A stretch of 64,000 nucleotides of DNA from a virus. Its lineage: Duplodnaviria > Caudoviricetes. Under the pieces are notes generated by a model, which did not search any database, was not told the DNA's origin, and saw only the letters and a program-made list of their open reading frames with translations. Position numbers and translations under genes: made by a program. Below, piece by piece: positions 19,076 through 27,825 of the stretch. Numbering within the stretch: the first letter of the stretch is position 1; each line of letters opens with the position of its first letter. The stretch lies in the IMG/VR virus record IMGVR_UViG_2806310979_000001, positions 1 to 64,000 of that record, one strand, 5' to 3'.

Positions 19076-19441
19076 ATGTGCAGACGAGGCGAAATTTATA
19101 ATGTGGATTTTGGAAATAATGAAAATTCGTATAAACAGTGTGGTGTCCGTCCAGCTCTGGTCGTGAGCAATAACAGGGCAAATGAAAACTCTCCGGTGGT
19201 AACGGTTGTACCATTGACTGCGAGGGTGTGGAAGAAAAAATATCTTCCAACCCACGTACAGATACCATTAAAAGCAAGTGTTGGATTATCAAAACCAAGC
19301 ATGGCATTAGCTGAACAGGTGGAGACTTTGGATAAGAATCAATTACTGGAGAAGCTGGGAGAGGTTTACGATGAGATGGTCATGCAGCAGATTACGATTG
19401 CCCTTCAGATACAGATAGGGGTTTATGCAGAATATAATTGA
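19076..19441 (+). CDS. PemK/MazF-family endoribonuclease toxin
   Basis: RGEIY, QCGVRPALVVSN, VTVVPLT, LPTHV, EQVETLDK. Confidence 0.9.
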   Translation: MCRRGEIYNVDFGNNENSYKQCGVRPALVVSNNRANENSPVVTVVPLTARVWKKKYLPTHVQIPLKASVGLSKPSMALAEQVETLDKNQLLEKLGEVYDEMVMQQITIALQIQIGVYAEYN

Positions 19442-19448
19442 CGAATGT

Positions 19449-19488
19449 AACAGCGGGTCTATGTAGATACCGCTGTTCGTGTTATAAT
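19449..19488 (+). promoter_or_regulatory. hairpin plus extended -10 promoter of moron
   Basis: AACAGCGG...CCGCTGTT inverted repeat; TGtTATAAT 19480-19488. Confidence 0.55.
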
Positions 19489-19495
19489 GAGATAA

Positions 19496-19822
19496 ATGGG
19501 GAGGAGAAGGATGGAAGGAAAAAATTATTGGAGATTACGGCGTTTTTCATTGTTTTATAAATACTATGCGTTTGTAGATACTGAAGAATATCTTGGAGAT
19601 CAGTTATTTATTCAGCAGAAAGTTGAGGTTTCTTTTGGAAAAGAATTTGGAAAAAAGGGAAATGATTACCTGATTATTTTTTGTAAAGTAAGAAAAAAAG
19701 ATGAGAAAAATTTCCTAAAGGCATTAGATGAATTGGAGAAAAAAATGTTGCTAATGGGGCATCATGACTACCCTGCTTTTTGTGAGAAGCTGAAACTTCA
19801 GATGCCGGGAGAGAAGGTGTAG
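19496..19822 (+). CDS. hypothetical protein (moron)
   Basis: ORF behind own promoter; start may be the second Met after GAGGAG. Confidence 0.65.
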   Translation: MGRRRMEGKNYWRLRRFSLFYKYYAFVDTEEYLGDQLFIQQKVEVSFGKEFGKKGNDYLIIFCKVRKKDEKNFLKALDELEKKMLLMGHHDYPAFCEKLKLQMPGEKV

Positions 19823-19827
19823 AGAAT

Positions 19828-20247
19828 ATGATTTTAATTGTTGCGGTAGATGACAGGAATGGCATGACATTTAATCATCGGAGACAGAGTCAAGATAAAC
19901 GATTGAGGGAACGGATACTTTCCATGACAAAAAATGGAAAGCTGTGGATGAATGCGTATTCGCATAAACAATTTGTGGATTTTGAATCTACAGAACAGAT
20001 TCAGGAAGCAGAGGACTTTTTGGAGAAAGCAGGAGAAAAGGATTACTGCTTCGTTGAAAATTTGGAGATCGAGAATTTCCGTGATAAGATTGAAAAAATA
20101 ATATTGTGTAAATGGAATCGCAGATATCCGGGAGATTTCTTCTTTACTATTGATGTGAATGATGGAAGTTGGAAACTGAAAGGTGTGGAAGAATTTTCAG
20201 GAAACTCTCATGAGAAAATAACGTTGGAGGTATATGAGCATGAATAA
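19828..20247 (+). CDS. dihydrofolate-reductase-fold protein with degenerate NADPH motifs
   Basis: MILIVAVDDRNGM N-terminus and WNRRYPGDFFF...ITLEVYE C-terminus parallel DHFR; GRxT and GG motifs absent. Confidence 0.6.
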   Translation: MILIVAVDDRNGMTFNHRRQSQDKRLRERILSMTKNGKLWMNAYSHKQFVDFESTEQIQEAEDFLEKAGEKDYCFVENLEIENFRDKIEKIILCKWNRRYPGDFFFTIDVNDGSWKLKGVEEFSGNSHEKITLEVYEHE

Positions 20248-21229
20248 GTGGAAAAAAAGATGGATTCCGATTTTTATGGCTCTGATGCTGATGCTTAGTG
20301 GATGTGGTGCAGATGTTCAGGAAGAATCACAGCCATCGAAAGATCAGACAGTTACAGAGCAACAACAGGAAACCGTGGAACAAGAAGATTGGGAAATTAT
20401 AGATGAAAGCGAACCGACAATGAATATAGGCGAAATACCGGAGTATTCTGGAGAAGCCTATGTCACGATTGCAAATAATATTCCAAACTTTACAGATTCA
20501 GAATTAAAAACGGAATCATTTGAAACCTATAGTGATTTGGATTCATTGGGAAGATGCGGTATAGCCTATGCCAATATCGGTCAGGATTTGATGCCGACAG
20601 AAGACAGAGGTTCTATTGGTCAGGTCAAGCCTTCTGGATGGCATACTGTAAAATATGACTGTGTCGATGGAAAGTACCTTTATAACCGCTGTCATTTGAT
20701 TGGATTTCAATTAACTGCTGAGAATGCAAATACAAAGAACCTGATTACAGGAACCAGATATTTAAACGTGGAAGGAATGCTGCCATTTGAAAATATGGTG
20801 GCAGATTACATAAAAGAAACTGGAAACCATGTGTTGTATCGGGTAACACCAATTTATGAAGGGGATAATCTGGTCGTAAGCGGTGTGCAGATGGAAGCAA
20901 AGTCCGTGGAAGATAACGGAGAAGGAATTCTTTTTAATGTATATTGCTACAATGTACAACCGGGCGTTTCCATTGACTACGCTACGGGAGAAAGTCAGCT
21001 TTCCAATGATGGCGGTTCTTCAACAGGAAGTACGGAAGGCAATATAGAAGCGGAAAATGAGCAGAAGACAGAGTCTTCTTATGTGTTGAACACTAATACA
21101 AAGAAATTTCATTTACCAAGTTGTTCCAGTTTAAATCAAATGAACGAGAGTAATAAAGGAGAGTTTACGGGTACAAGAGATGAACTAATTCAACAGGGAT
21201 ATGAACCTTGTAAAAGATGTCATCCATAA
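20240..21229 (+). CDS. lipoprotein DNA/RNA non-specific endonuclease (EndA/streptodornase-like) with C-terminal Ada-like Zn domain
   Basis: lipobox LSGC; LDSLGRC, YNRCHLIG, NLITGTRYLN; KFHLPSC...GYEPCKRC. Confidence 0.88.
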   Translation: MNKWKKRWIPIFMALMLMLSGCGADVQEESQPSKDQTVTEQQQETVEQEDWEIIDESEPTMNIGEIPEYSGEAYVTIANNIPNFTDSELKTESFETYSDLDSLGRCGIAYANIGQDLMPTEDRGSIGQVKPSGWHTVKYDCVDGKYLYNRCHLIGFQLTAENANTKNLITGTRYLNVEGMLPFENMVADYIKETGNHVLYRVTPIYEGDNLVVSGVQMEAKSVEDNGEGILFNVYCYNVQPGVSIDYATGESQLSNDGGSSTGSTEGNIEAENEQKTESSYVLNTNTKKFHLPSCSSLNQMNESNKGEFTGTRDELIQQGYEPCKRCHP

Positions 21230-21244
21230 AGAAAGAGAAAGAAT

Positions 21245-21520
21245 ATGAATCAAGAAAAAGTTAAAAGAATACTTTTAGGGCAAATACGGGAATATTTAGA
21301 TGGAGAAATTACAAAAGAGGAATATGAAGCTATGGCAGAGCCTTTTTATTCACAGTATTGTCATTTGATTATAGAAACTTCTTTTTATAAGATATTTTCT
21401 GAAACAATACCTGACTGTTGTATTATAAATGTGGATGAACCGGGAAATGAAATAGAAAAGGAACGAGATTTTCGGAAGATATTGACAGAAACTTATATTC
21501 GTTTGAAAGAAGTGTTGTAA
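21245..21520 (+). CDS. small acidic helical protein, colicin-immunity-like
   Basis: IREYLDGEITKEEY pattern; directly after nuclease; weak assignment. Confidence 0.5.
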   Translation: MNQEKVKRILLGQIREYLDGEITKEEYEAMAEPFYSQYCHLIIETSFYKIFSETIPDCCIINVDEPGNEIEKERDFRKILTETYIRLKEVL

Positions 21521-21529
21521 TGGAAAAAT

Positions 21530-21636
21530 CCCCCGTGCTGTATGCGCATGGCTACAAAGCTACACGGGTGGACAGATGGCGTAACCTGTAACCATGCATG
21601 GGCGATTGTAAAGAGGGGCTCATTCCCCTCCGCCAT
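21530..21636 (+). ncRNA. candidate structured RNA (pseudoknot plus T-arm-like hairpin)
   Basis: CCCGTG/CACGGG; GCATGGCTACA/TGTAACCATGC; ATGGCG/CGCCAT; GAGGGG/CCCCTC. Confidence 0.4.
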
Positions 21637-21663
21637 ATTAGAACAAAAAACAGTATTAGATTG

Positions 21664-21720
21664 GTAGACTGAAAGTAGACTAAGAGTAGACTGACATTAC
21701 TTTTCTTTTGTGTTATTCTT
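21664..21720 (+). promoter_or_regulatory. late promoter with three phased activator-binding repeats
   Basis: GTAGACT at 21664, 21675, 21686 (11-bp period) upstream of TGtTATTCT, before HNH/cos. Confidence 0.7.
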
Positions 21721-21837
21721 AAGATGCGGAAAAAAGAAACGGGACTGAAAGCATTTTGCTTTTGGTCTTTTTTTCTGTCGGAGCGTGGCTTTCCATCCTT
21801 TCCCACGCTGCGTACATAAAGGAAAGGGGTAATTAGT

Positions 21838-22191
21838 ATGCCGAGAAAACCAATGAAACCGTGCTGTCATCCCGATTGTCCTAAATTGACAGAGGGAAGG
21901 TATTGTGAAGAACATGAAGCACTACATCGTGGAGAACGGAAAAGTGCATCGGGACGTGGTTATAACAGTAAGTGGCAGCGGGCGAGAAAAAGATTCTTAA
22001 AAGAACATCCGTTGTGTTGTAAATGTGAGGAAGAAGGAAAATATGTGAGAGCAACAATTGTGGATCACATTAAACCACATCGTGGTGATCCAATCCTCTT
22101 TTGGGATGAAGAGAATTGGCAGCCTTTATGCAAACATCATCATGATGTAAAAACCATGACGGAAGATCGGTATCAGGAATATCGATATTGA
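21838..22191 (+). CDS. phage packaging HNH endonuclease
   Basis: HPLCCKC, VDHIKPHRG, NWQPLCKHHH. Confidence 0.92.
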   Translation: MPRKPMKPCCHPDCPKLTEGRYCEEHEALHRGERKSASGRGYNSKWQRARKRFLKEHPLCCKCEEEGKYVRATIVDHIKPHRGDPILFWDEENWQPLCKHHHDVKTMTEDRYQEYRY

Positions 22192-22210
22192 TTGGAAATA
22201 CTAGACAATG

Positions 22211-22442
22211 GTGGGGGGTATCAAATCTCTACAAATTTGTTGAACATTGACCGCCGCCCCCTCAAACGTGAATTTTCGCAGAATTAAACAAGGGGGATAG
22301 GAAAAGAGGACAAGAGTTTTCGCAGAAGGTGTTGTAAAACAAGCAGTTATTCGCAAAATGGGGTATGAGTATTTCGTTAAAAAGTTAGGAAAAATAGGAA
22401 TTATAAGGGTCAAAATGCAGTAAAAACGGATGCATTTTGACC
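22211..22442 (+). other. probable cos region with terminase-binding repeats
   Basis: G-run then GACCGCCGCCCCCT (22249-22262) after HNH; TTTTCGCAGAA at 22273 and 22317; 12-bp inverted repeat 22408-22442. Confidence 0.65.
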
Positions 22443-22480
22443 TGTTTTTATGTCTGGAAACAGGAAGGATGGTGAGAGGC

Positions 22481-22936
22481 ATGACAGAATTACAAGCCGA
22501 ACAGATTAGGAAAATGCGGACGCAGGGAGTTGGCTATCGTGCCATCGCTTCCGTGGTAGGGCTGTCTCGTGACATTGTGAGGAACTATTGTCGGTCGCAT
22601 GGTATGGATGGATATGCTTCTGCGCTTACAAAAAACATTCAGGAACAGATGATGTTAGGAAAGGCGTGTTTGTATTGTGGAGCAGAATTGATACAACCAT
22701 CTACAGGTAGACCAAAGAAGTTTTGCTCAGATAAGTGCAGACGGGAATGGTGGAAAGCACACCCAGAAAAACTGCATCGGAAAGACACGGCAATTTATAC
22801 CATGACCTGTGCGAGATGCGGAAAAGAATTTACGAGTTATGGAAATAAGAATAGAAAGTATTGCAGTCATGACTGTTATATAAAAGCACGATTTTGGGAG
22901 GGATTGGAAGATGGAGTTCAGAAAGCTGCGGATTAA
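22481..22936 (+). CDS. HTH + Zn-finger phage protein
   Basis: GYRAIASVVGLSRDIVRNYC; CLYCG, FCSDKC, CARCG, YCSHDC. Confidence 0.8.
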   Translation: MTELQAEQIRKMRTQGVGYRAIASVVGLSRDIVRNYCRSHGMDGYASALTKNIQEQMMLGKACLYCGAELIQPSTGRPKKFCSDKCRREWWKAHPEKLHRKDTAIYTMTCARCGKEFTSYGNKNRKYCSHDCYIKARFWEGLEDGVQKAAD

Positions 22937-24167
22937 GGATTTGGTTCCGGCATCATATAATCCGAGAAAGAAACTCAAGCCGGGAGATAAGGAATTTGAA
23001 AAAATAAAAAACAGTATTACGGAGTTCGGATATGTTGAGCCGATTATTGTGAATTCAGATATGACGATTATCGGTGGACACCAGAGAGCCACGGTTCTTC
23101 AAACATTAGGGTATGATGAAATTGATTGTATTGTCATTGAAATTGATAAAACAAAAGAGAAAGCGCTGAATATTGCCCTAAATAAAATTACAGGAGAATG
23201 GAATCAAGAACTATTGGCGGACTTGATTGAAGATTTACAAAAATCAGACTTTGATGTTGGTTTTACCGGATTTGAGCCACCGGAAATTGAGCAGTTATTT
23301 AATAAGGTTCATGATAAAAAAATCAAAGAAGATGATTTTGATGTGGATGCTGAGTTGAAGAAACCCGCCATGACAAAGCAGGGAGATGTGTGGATGCTTG
23401 GAATGCACCGACTGGTGTGTGGGGATTCCACTTTACCTGAGACTTATGAAAAACTTATGGAAGGAAAGAAAGCCAATCTTGTAGTAACTGATCCGCCATA
23501 TAATGTAAATTATGAAGGCAGTGCGGGGAAAATCCAAAATGATAATTTGGAAGATGATAAATTTTATAATTTTCTGTTTGCCGCATTCGTGAATATGGAA
23601 CAGAACATGGAACGTGATGCTTCCATTTATGTGTTCCATGCGGATACCGAGGGATTAAACTTTCGCAGGGCGTTTAAAGCAGCAGGATTTTATCTTTCCG
23701 GTACATGCATTTGGAAAAAGCAGTCATTGGTTTTAGGAAGAAGTCCTTATCAATGGCAGCATGAGCCGATTTTATTTGGATGGAAGTTGGGTGGAAAGCA
23801 TATGTGGTATTCAGACAGAAAGCAGTCCACCATATGGGAATATGACCGTCCGAAGAAAAATGATATGCATCCGACTATGAAACCTGTGGAACTGGTGGCA
23901 TATCCAATCCGTAACTCCAGTATGAGTAATTGCATTGTCTTAGATCCGTTTGGTGGAAGCGGTTCTACGATGATTGCCTGTGAACAGACAGGGCGTATTT
24001 GCAGGACGATAGAACTGGATGAAAAATATGCAGATGTGATAGTACATCGTTATATGGAATTTGTGGGAAGTGCAGAAGACGTATATGTAATACGGGATGG
24101 GAAGAAAATAAAATATTCAGAGCTAATGAAGGAAGGTGACACGCATGACGCAGTTGACCTTCCTTGA
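22911..24167 (+). CDS. ParB-N domain fused to DNA amino-methyltransferase (orphan)
   Basis: YNPR, IIGGHQR; DPPY; HPTMKP; LDPFGGSGST. Confidence 0.92.
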   Translation: MEFRKLRIKDLVPASYNPRKKLKPGDKEFEKIKNSITEFGYVEPIIVNSDMTIIGGHQRATVLQTLGYDEIDCIVIEIDKTKEKALNIALNKITGEWNQELLADLIEDLQKSDFDVGFTGFEPPEIEQLFNKVHDKKIKEDDFDVDAELKKPAMTKQGDVWMLGMHRLVCGDSTLPETYEKLMEGKKANLVVTDPPYNVNYEGSAGKIQNDNLEDDKFYNFLFAAFVNMEQNMERDASIYVFHADTEGLNFRRAFKAAGFYLSGTCIWKKQSLVLGRSPYQWQHEPILFGWKLGGKHMWYSDRKQSTIWEYDRPKKNDMHPTMKPVELVAYPIRNSSMSNCIVLDPFGGSGSTMIACEQTGRICRTIELDEKYADVIVHRYMEFVGSAEDVYVIRDGKKIKYSELMKEGDTHDAVDLP

Positions 24168-25422
24168 TTTATGCTCAGGCATTGGAGGATTCCGTTTAGG
24201 TTTGGAATCTGCCGGCCATAAGTGTGTGGGATATTGTGAATATGATAAATTTGCAAGGGCTTCATACGAAGCAATGTATGATACGGAAGGAGAGTGGAAA
24301 GCGAATGATGTTACAAAACTTAAACCATCCGATGTGCCAAGAGCAGACATCTGGTGCTTTGGATTCCCCTGTCAGGATATTTCAGTCGCAGGAAAGCAGC
24401 GGGGACTGGTCGGAAAAAGAAGTGGAATATATTTTAACATTATTGATCTCCTCAAAGGCAAAGAAGAAAGTGATAAGCCCACATACCTTTTTGTTGAAAA
24501 CGTTAAGAACCTGCTATCAATTAATGCAGGATTCGATTTTGCCACGGTTTTGTCTGAAATGGGAGAAGCAGGGTATGACTGTCGCTGGCAGGTGCTTAAC
24601 TCAAAAGACTACGGAGTTCCACAAAACAGAGAGCGCGTGTTCATTATCGCAAATCTTAGAAGCAGAGGTAGACGAGAAATATTATCTCTCAGAGGAAAAA
24701 ACAAAGCAGCTCTTAACCAGATTATAGGCGGAATGCAGGGATACCGAGTATATGATTCTCAGGGAGTTTCTACTACATTGATTGGAAATGCGGGAGGAAT
24801 GGGAGCGAAGACGGGACTTTATTTTATAGATCAAAGCAAAGTTGCACCGAAGATTACGGATACTGCAAGATGTTTGACAGCAAGATACACAGCGGGAATG
24901 GTAAATCATACGGCAATGAATTCTGCGGTTATGGAAGTGCATCCTGTTTTGACACCAGAGCGGATGGAAAAACGTCAGAATGGAAGACGAATGAAAGAAG
25001 ATGGAGAGCCAATGTTTACGCTGACTTCCCAAGATCGACACGGTGTGTATTTTTGTGAGAAACCCGTTAAATCCGTGAAAGTGAAAAACGCAACCAAAAC
25101 TGGATATGAAGAAGCACATCTGGGAGATGGAATTGTACTTGCGTATCCGAATAGCGATACCCGCCGTGGAAGAGTCGGAAAAGGGTGTTCACAGACATTA
25201 GATACCGGATGTCAGATGGGGACATTGATGAGGTGTGGAAGAATTCGGAGATTGACACCAAAAGAATGCTTTCGATTGCAGGGATTTCCAGATGAATTAT
25301 ACGAGCGCGCTGCTTCCGTGAATTCTGATTCACAGTTGTATAAGCAAGCGGGAAATGCCGTAACAGCGACAGTTGCGTATGCATTGGCGATGTGCCTTCC
25401 TGAAAGTCAGAAAGATGGTTAA
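24145..25422 (+). CDS. orphan phage m5C methyltransferase, probably multispecific
   Basis: DLCSGIGG, GFPCQD, ENV, PQNRER, RLQGFPD, KQAGNAV; several TRD-like blocks. Confidence 0.92.
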   Translation: MTQLTFLDLCSGIGGFRLGLESAGHKCVGYCEYDKFARASYEAMYDTEGEWKANDVTKLKPSDVPRADIWCFGFPCQDISVAGKQRGLVGKRSGIYFNIIDLLKGKEESDKPTYLFVENVKNLLSINAGFDFATVLSEMGEAGYDCRWQVLNSKDYGVPQNRERVFIIANLRSRGRREILSLRGKNKAALNQIIGGMQGYRVYDSQGVSTTLIGNAGGMGAKTGLYFIDQSKVAPKITDTARCLTARYTAGMVNHTAMNSAVMEVHPVLTPERMEKRQNGRRMKEDGEPMFTLTSQDRHGVYFCEKPVKSVKVKNATKTGYEEAHLGDGIVLAYPNSDTRRGRVGKGCSQTLDTGCQMGTLMRCGRIRRLTPKECFRLQGFPDELYERAASVNSDSQLYKQAGNAVTATVAYALAMCLPESQKDG

Positions 25423-25426
25423 AATG

Positions 25427-25464
25427 CTTGACTTTGTGGGCGTTTAGAGTGATGTATGTAGTAC
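25427..25464 (+). promoter_or_regulatory. conserved upstream motif, copy 1
   Basis: CTTGAC-N11-TTAGAGTGATGTATGTAGTAC. Confidence 0.7.
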
Positions 25465-25488
25465 CAAAAAAGAAGGGAGACTGCATAC

Positions 25489-26253
25489 ATGAGAATTGAA
25501 ACGATATGTGAAAACAGAAAAGAATTGGTAAAAGCGATGGCAGAAATATTGGGAGAACCTTCAAAATATTTAGGACCACCAAGTTTTGGATACCAGATAG
25601 GGGGTGCAATTGTGGATCGTGATGGAAACATTGAAACAGAGGATGGCGAAATGCTTCAGAAAGAACTGCAGCGAAGGGGATTCATTGAAAATAATCAGGA
25701 GGAATTAAATTTACAGATTCCAATAGAAGGTCATACCGCCGAGAGCATCCGAAATCTTATTTTTATGATTCATAGTAAACAGTATCTTTTGAAGCGGGCT
25801 GTCGGTACAGAAGTGCTGCACATGAGTGAACGTCTGATTGAGAGATTATCAGAAGAAAAAGATGCGGATATGAACAGGGTAATGGAGATTTTTGAAGAAG
25901 AAAAAGTACATTGCTTTGGGCTAGAGTTTGTGGCTGATAAGATTGTTTTTAACGGATTTCCGATGGAAGCAGAAAGTACAATTTCTTTTGCGGAATTAAC
26001 CTGCATGATGGCAGAACGTGCAAAAGAGATGAAATGGATTAATCCTGCGGAGACAATTGAGGCAAATGAAAAATATTATATGCGCATCTGGTTGATTCGT
26101 CTAGGACTTGGAGGAAAAGGCGGAAAGAAAACAAGGGATCTCCTTTTGAAGAATCTGAAAGGGAACACGGCTTTTCGGACGGAAGAAGAAAAGGAACGTG
26201 CAAAAGAGCGCAATCGGCAGAGAGCCGCTGAACGGAAAGTAACACAGGAATAG
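25489..26253 (+). CDS. degenerate amidoligase paralogue
   Basis: shares RNLxxxIxSK and NEKY..R.W..RLGL.G...L.GN.A.R blocks with next gene. Confidence 0.75.
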   Translation: MRIETICENRKELVKAMAEILGEPSKYLGPPSFGYQIGGAIVDRDGNIETEDGEMLQKELQRRGFIENNQEELNLQIPIEGHTAESIRNLIFMIHSKQYLLKRAVGTEVLHMSERLIERLSEEKDADMNRVMEIFEEEKVHCFGLEFVADKIVFNGFPMEAESTISFAELTCMMAERAKEMKWINPAETIEANEKYYMRIWLIRLGLGGKGGKKTRDLLLKNLKGNTAFRTEEEKERAKERNRQRAAERKVTQE

Positions 26254-26313
26254 TTTTCTGTAAAATACACAATTTCTTTTCCGAATTTTTGTGTACATTA
26301 TTGTTTGAAATGA

Positions 26314-26351
26314 CTGGATAATATGTGCTTTTAGAGTGATATATAGACTAC
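26314..26351 (+). promoter_or_regulatory. conserved upstream motif, copy 2
   Basis: CTGGAT-N11-TTAGAGTGATATATAGACTAC. Confidence 0.7.
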
Positions 26352-26379
26352 GAAAAAAACACATAGGAGGCGCAACAAA

Positions 26380-27270
26380 ATGAAAACACAGAAGTTCGGG
26401 ATTGAAATTGAATTAACCGGAATCACCAGAAAAAAAGCAGCAGATGTTATCGCAGAATATTTCGGAACAGAGAAATTTTATATCGGGACGTATTATCAAA
26501 CTTACGGGGCAAAAGACCGTAAAGGAAGAACGTGGAAAGCAACATTTGACTCCAGTATTATTGCACAGAGAAAAAAGGGTGGAAGAAGGGAGCCTGCCTC
26601 GGAAGAATATAAATGTGAAATTGTTAGTCCGATTTTAGAATATGAAGACTTGGAAGATTTGCAGGAAATTGTTCGTCAGCTTCGGCATAAGGGGGCATTC
26701 GCAAGTGACCAATGCGGCATTCATATCCACGTGGATGCAAGCAGATATACACCTCAGACTTTACGCAATCTGGTAAATATCATCGCCAGCAAAGAGGACA
26801 TTTTATATAAAGCTTTACAAATTGATCCGGCTAGGCTTCGATGGTGTAAAAAGACAAATGAACAGTTGATTCAAACGATTAATAAAAGAAAACCCAAAAC
26901 AATGGAAGAATTAAAGGACATCTGGTATGAGGGGAGTCATAGAAGAAGGACAGACCATTACAACGATACCAGATATCACGGTTTAAATCTTCATGCGACA
27001 TTCACAAAAGGAACGGTAGAGTTCCGATTGTTTAACAGCACGACGCATGCAGGGGAAATCAAAGCATACATACAATTCTGCCTTGCAGTCAGCCATCAGG
27101 CATTGACGCAAAAGAAAGCGAGTGCCAGAAGAACAGTTACAGATAATGAAAAATACGCATTTCGGTGTTGGATGCTCCGGTTGGGATTAAACGGGGATGA
27201 ATTCAAAACCTGCAGGCTTCATTTTCTGAAACATTTGGAAGGAAATTCTGCATGGAGACATGCTGCTTGA
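26380..27270 (+). CDS. amidoligase family (COOH-NH2 ligase type 2)
   Basis: FGIEIE, DSSI, EIVSP, CGIHIH, RYHGLN, TVEFR. Confidence 0.92.
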   Translation: MKTQKFGIEIELTGITRKKAADVIAEYFGTEKFYIGTYYQTYGAKDRKGRTWKATFDSSIIAQRKKGGRREPASEEYKCEIVSPILEYEDLEDLQEIVRQLRHKGAFASDQCGIHIHVDASRYTPQTLRNLVNIIASKEDILYKALQIDPARLRWCKKTNEQLIQTINKRKPKTMEELKDIWYEGSHRRRTDHYNDTRYHGLNLHATFTKGTVEFRLFNSTTHAGEIKAYIQFCLAVSHQALTQKKASARRTVTDNEKYAFRCWMLRLGLNGDEFKTCRLHFLKHLEGNSAWRHAA

Positions 27271-27366
27271 AGGGAATAGGCACAGCCCCACCAATGGCGG
27301 TCGAGAGACCGTCTTGAGGTGGTAGGAGGGAGACCTCACTATCAACAGAGAAAGGATGAAGCAAAT

Positions 27367-27825
27367 ATGAAGAAGTTGTATATTGCCTATGGCAGTAACA
27401 TGGATGAGGAGCAGATGGCATTCCGATGCCCGACTGCAACTTTAGTAGGAACAGCAATCGTGGAAGGGTATGAGTTAATGTTCAAAGGTTCTCGAACAGG
27501 TTCGTATGCTACGATAGAACCAAAGGAGGGAAGTATCGTTCCGGTATTGGTTTGGGAAATCGGTCAAATGGATGAAAGAAGACTTGACTATTATGAAGGA
27601 TATCCGAATTTTTATTATAAGAAGATGCTAGAGGTCCAAATCAAGGGGAAAATGAAACGTGCGATGGTATATATCATGGATGAACAAAGGAAAATAGGAG
27701 TGCCAAGTGCAGGATATTATCGGATTTTGGAACAGGCATATGAAAAGTTTGGGTTTGAGGGAGATGTTCTGGAGCAGGCTTTGAAAAATTCAATCGAGGA
27801 GGTGCAGCATGGTATTTCCGAATAG
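27367..27825 (+). CDS. gamma-glutamylcyclotransferase (AIG2-like)
   Basis: YIAYGSNM, LDYYEGYP. Confidence 0.92.
   Translation: MKKLYIAYGSNMDEEQMAFRCPTATLVGTAIVEGYELMFKGSRTGSYATIEPKEGSIVPVLVWEIGQMDERRLDYYEGYPNFYYKKMLEVQIKGKMKRAMVYIMDEQRKIGVPSAGYYRILEQAYEKFGFEGDVLEQALKNSIEEVQHGISE

Noticed and set aside
21576-21636. tRNA gene
   Set aside because: About 60 nt, no proper D or anticodon arm and no GTTC T-loop; kept only as ncRNA candidate
21664-21692. Short repeats here and at 57206-57235 as CRISPR or VNTR
   Set aside because: 7-10 bp units without spacers, positioned like transcription-factor sites
24224-24727. 167-aa alternate-frame ORF in the phage m5C MTase
   Set aside because: No clear RBS and no recognisable domain; cannot be supported from sequence alone
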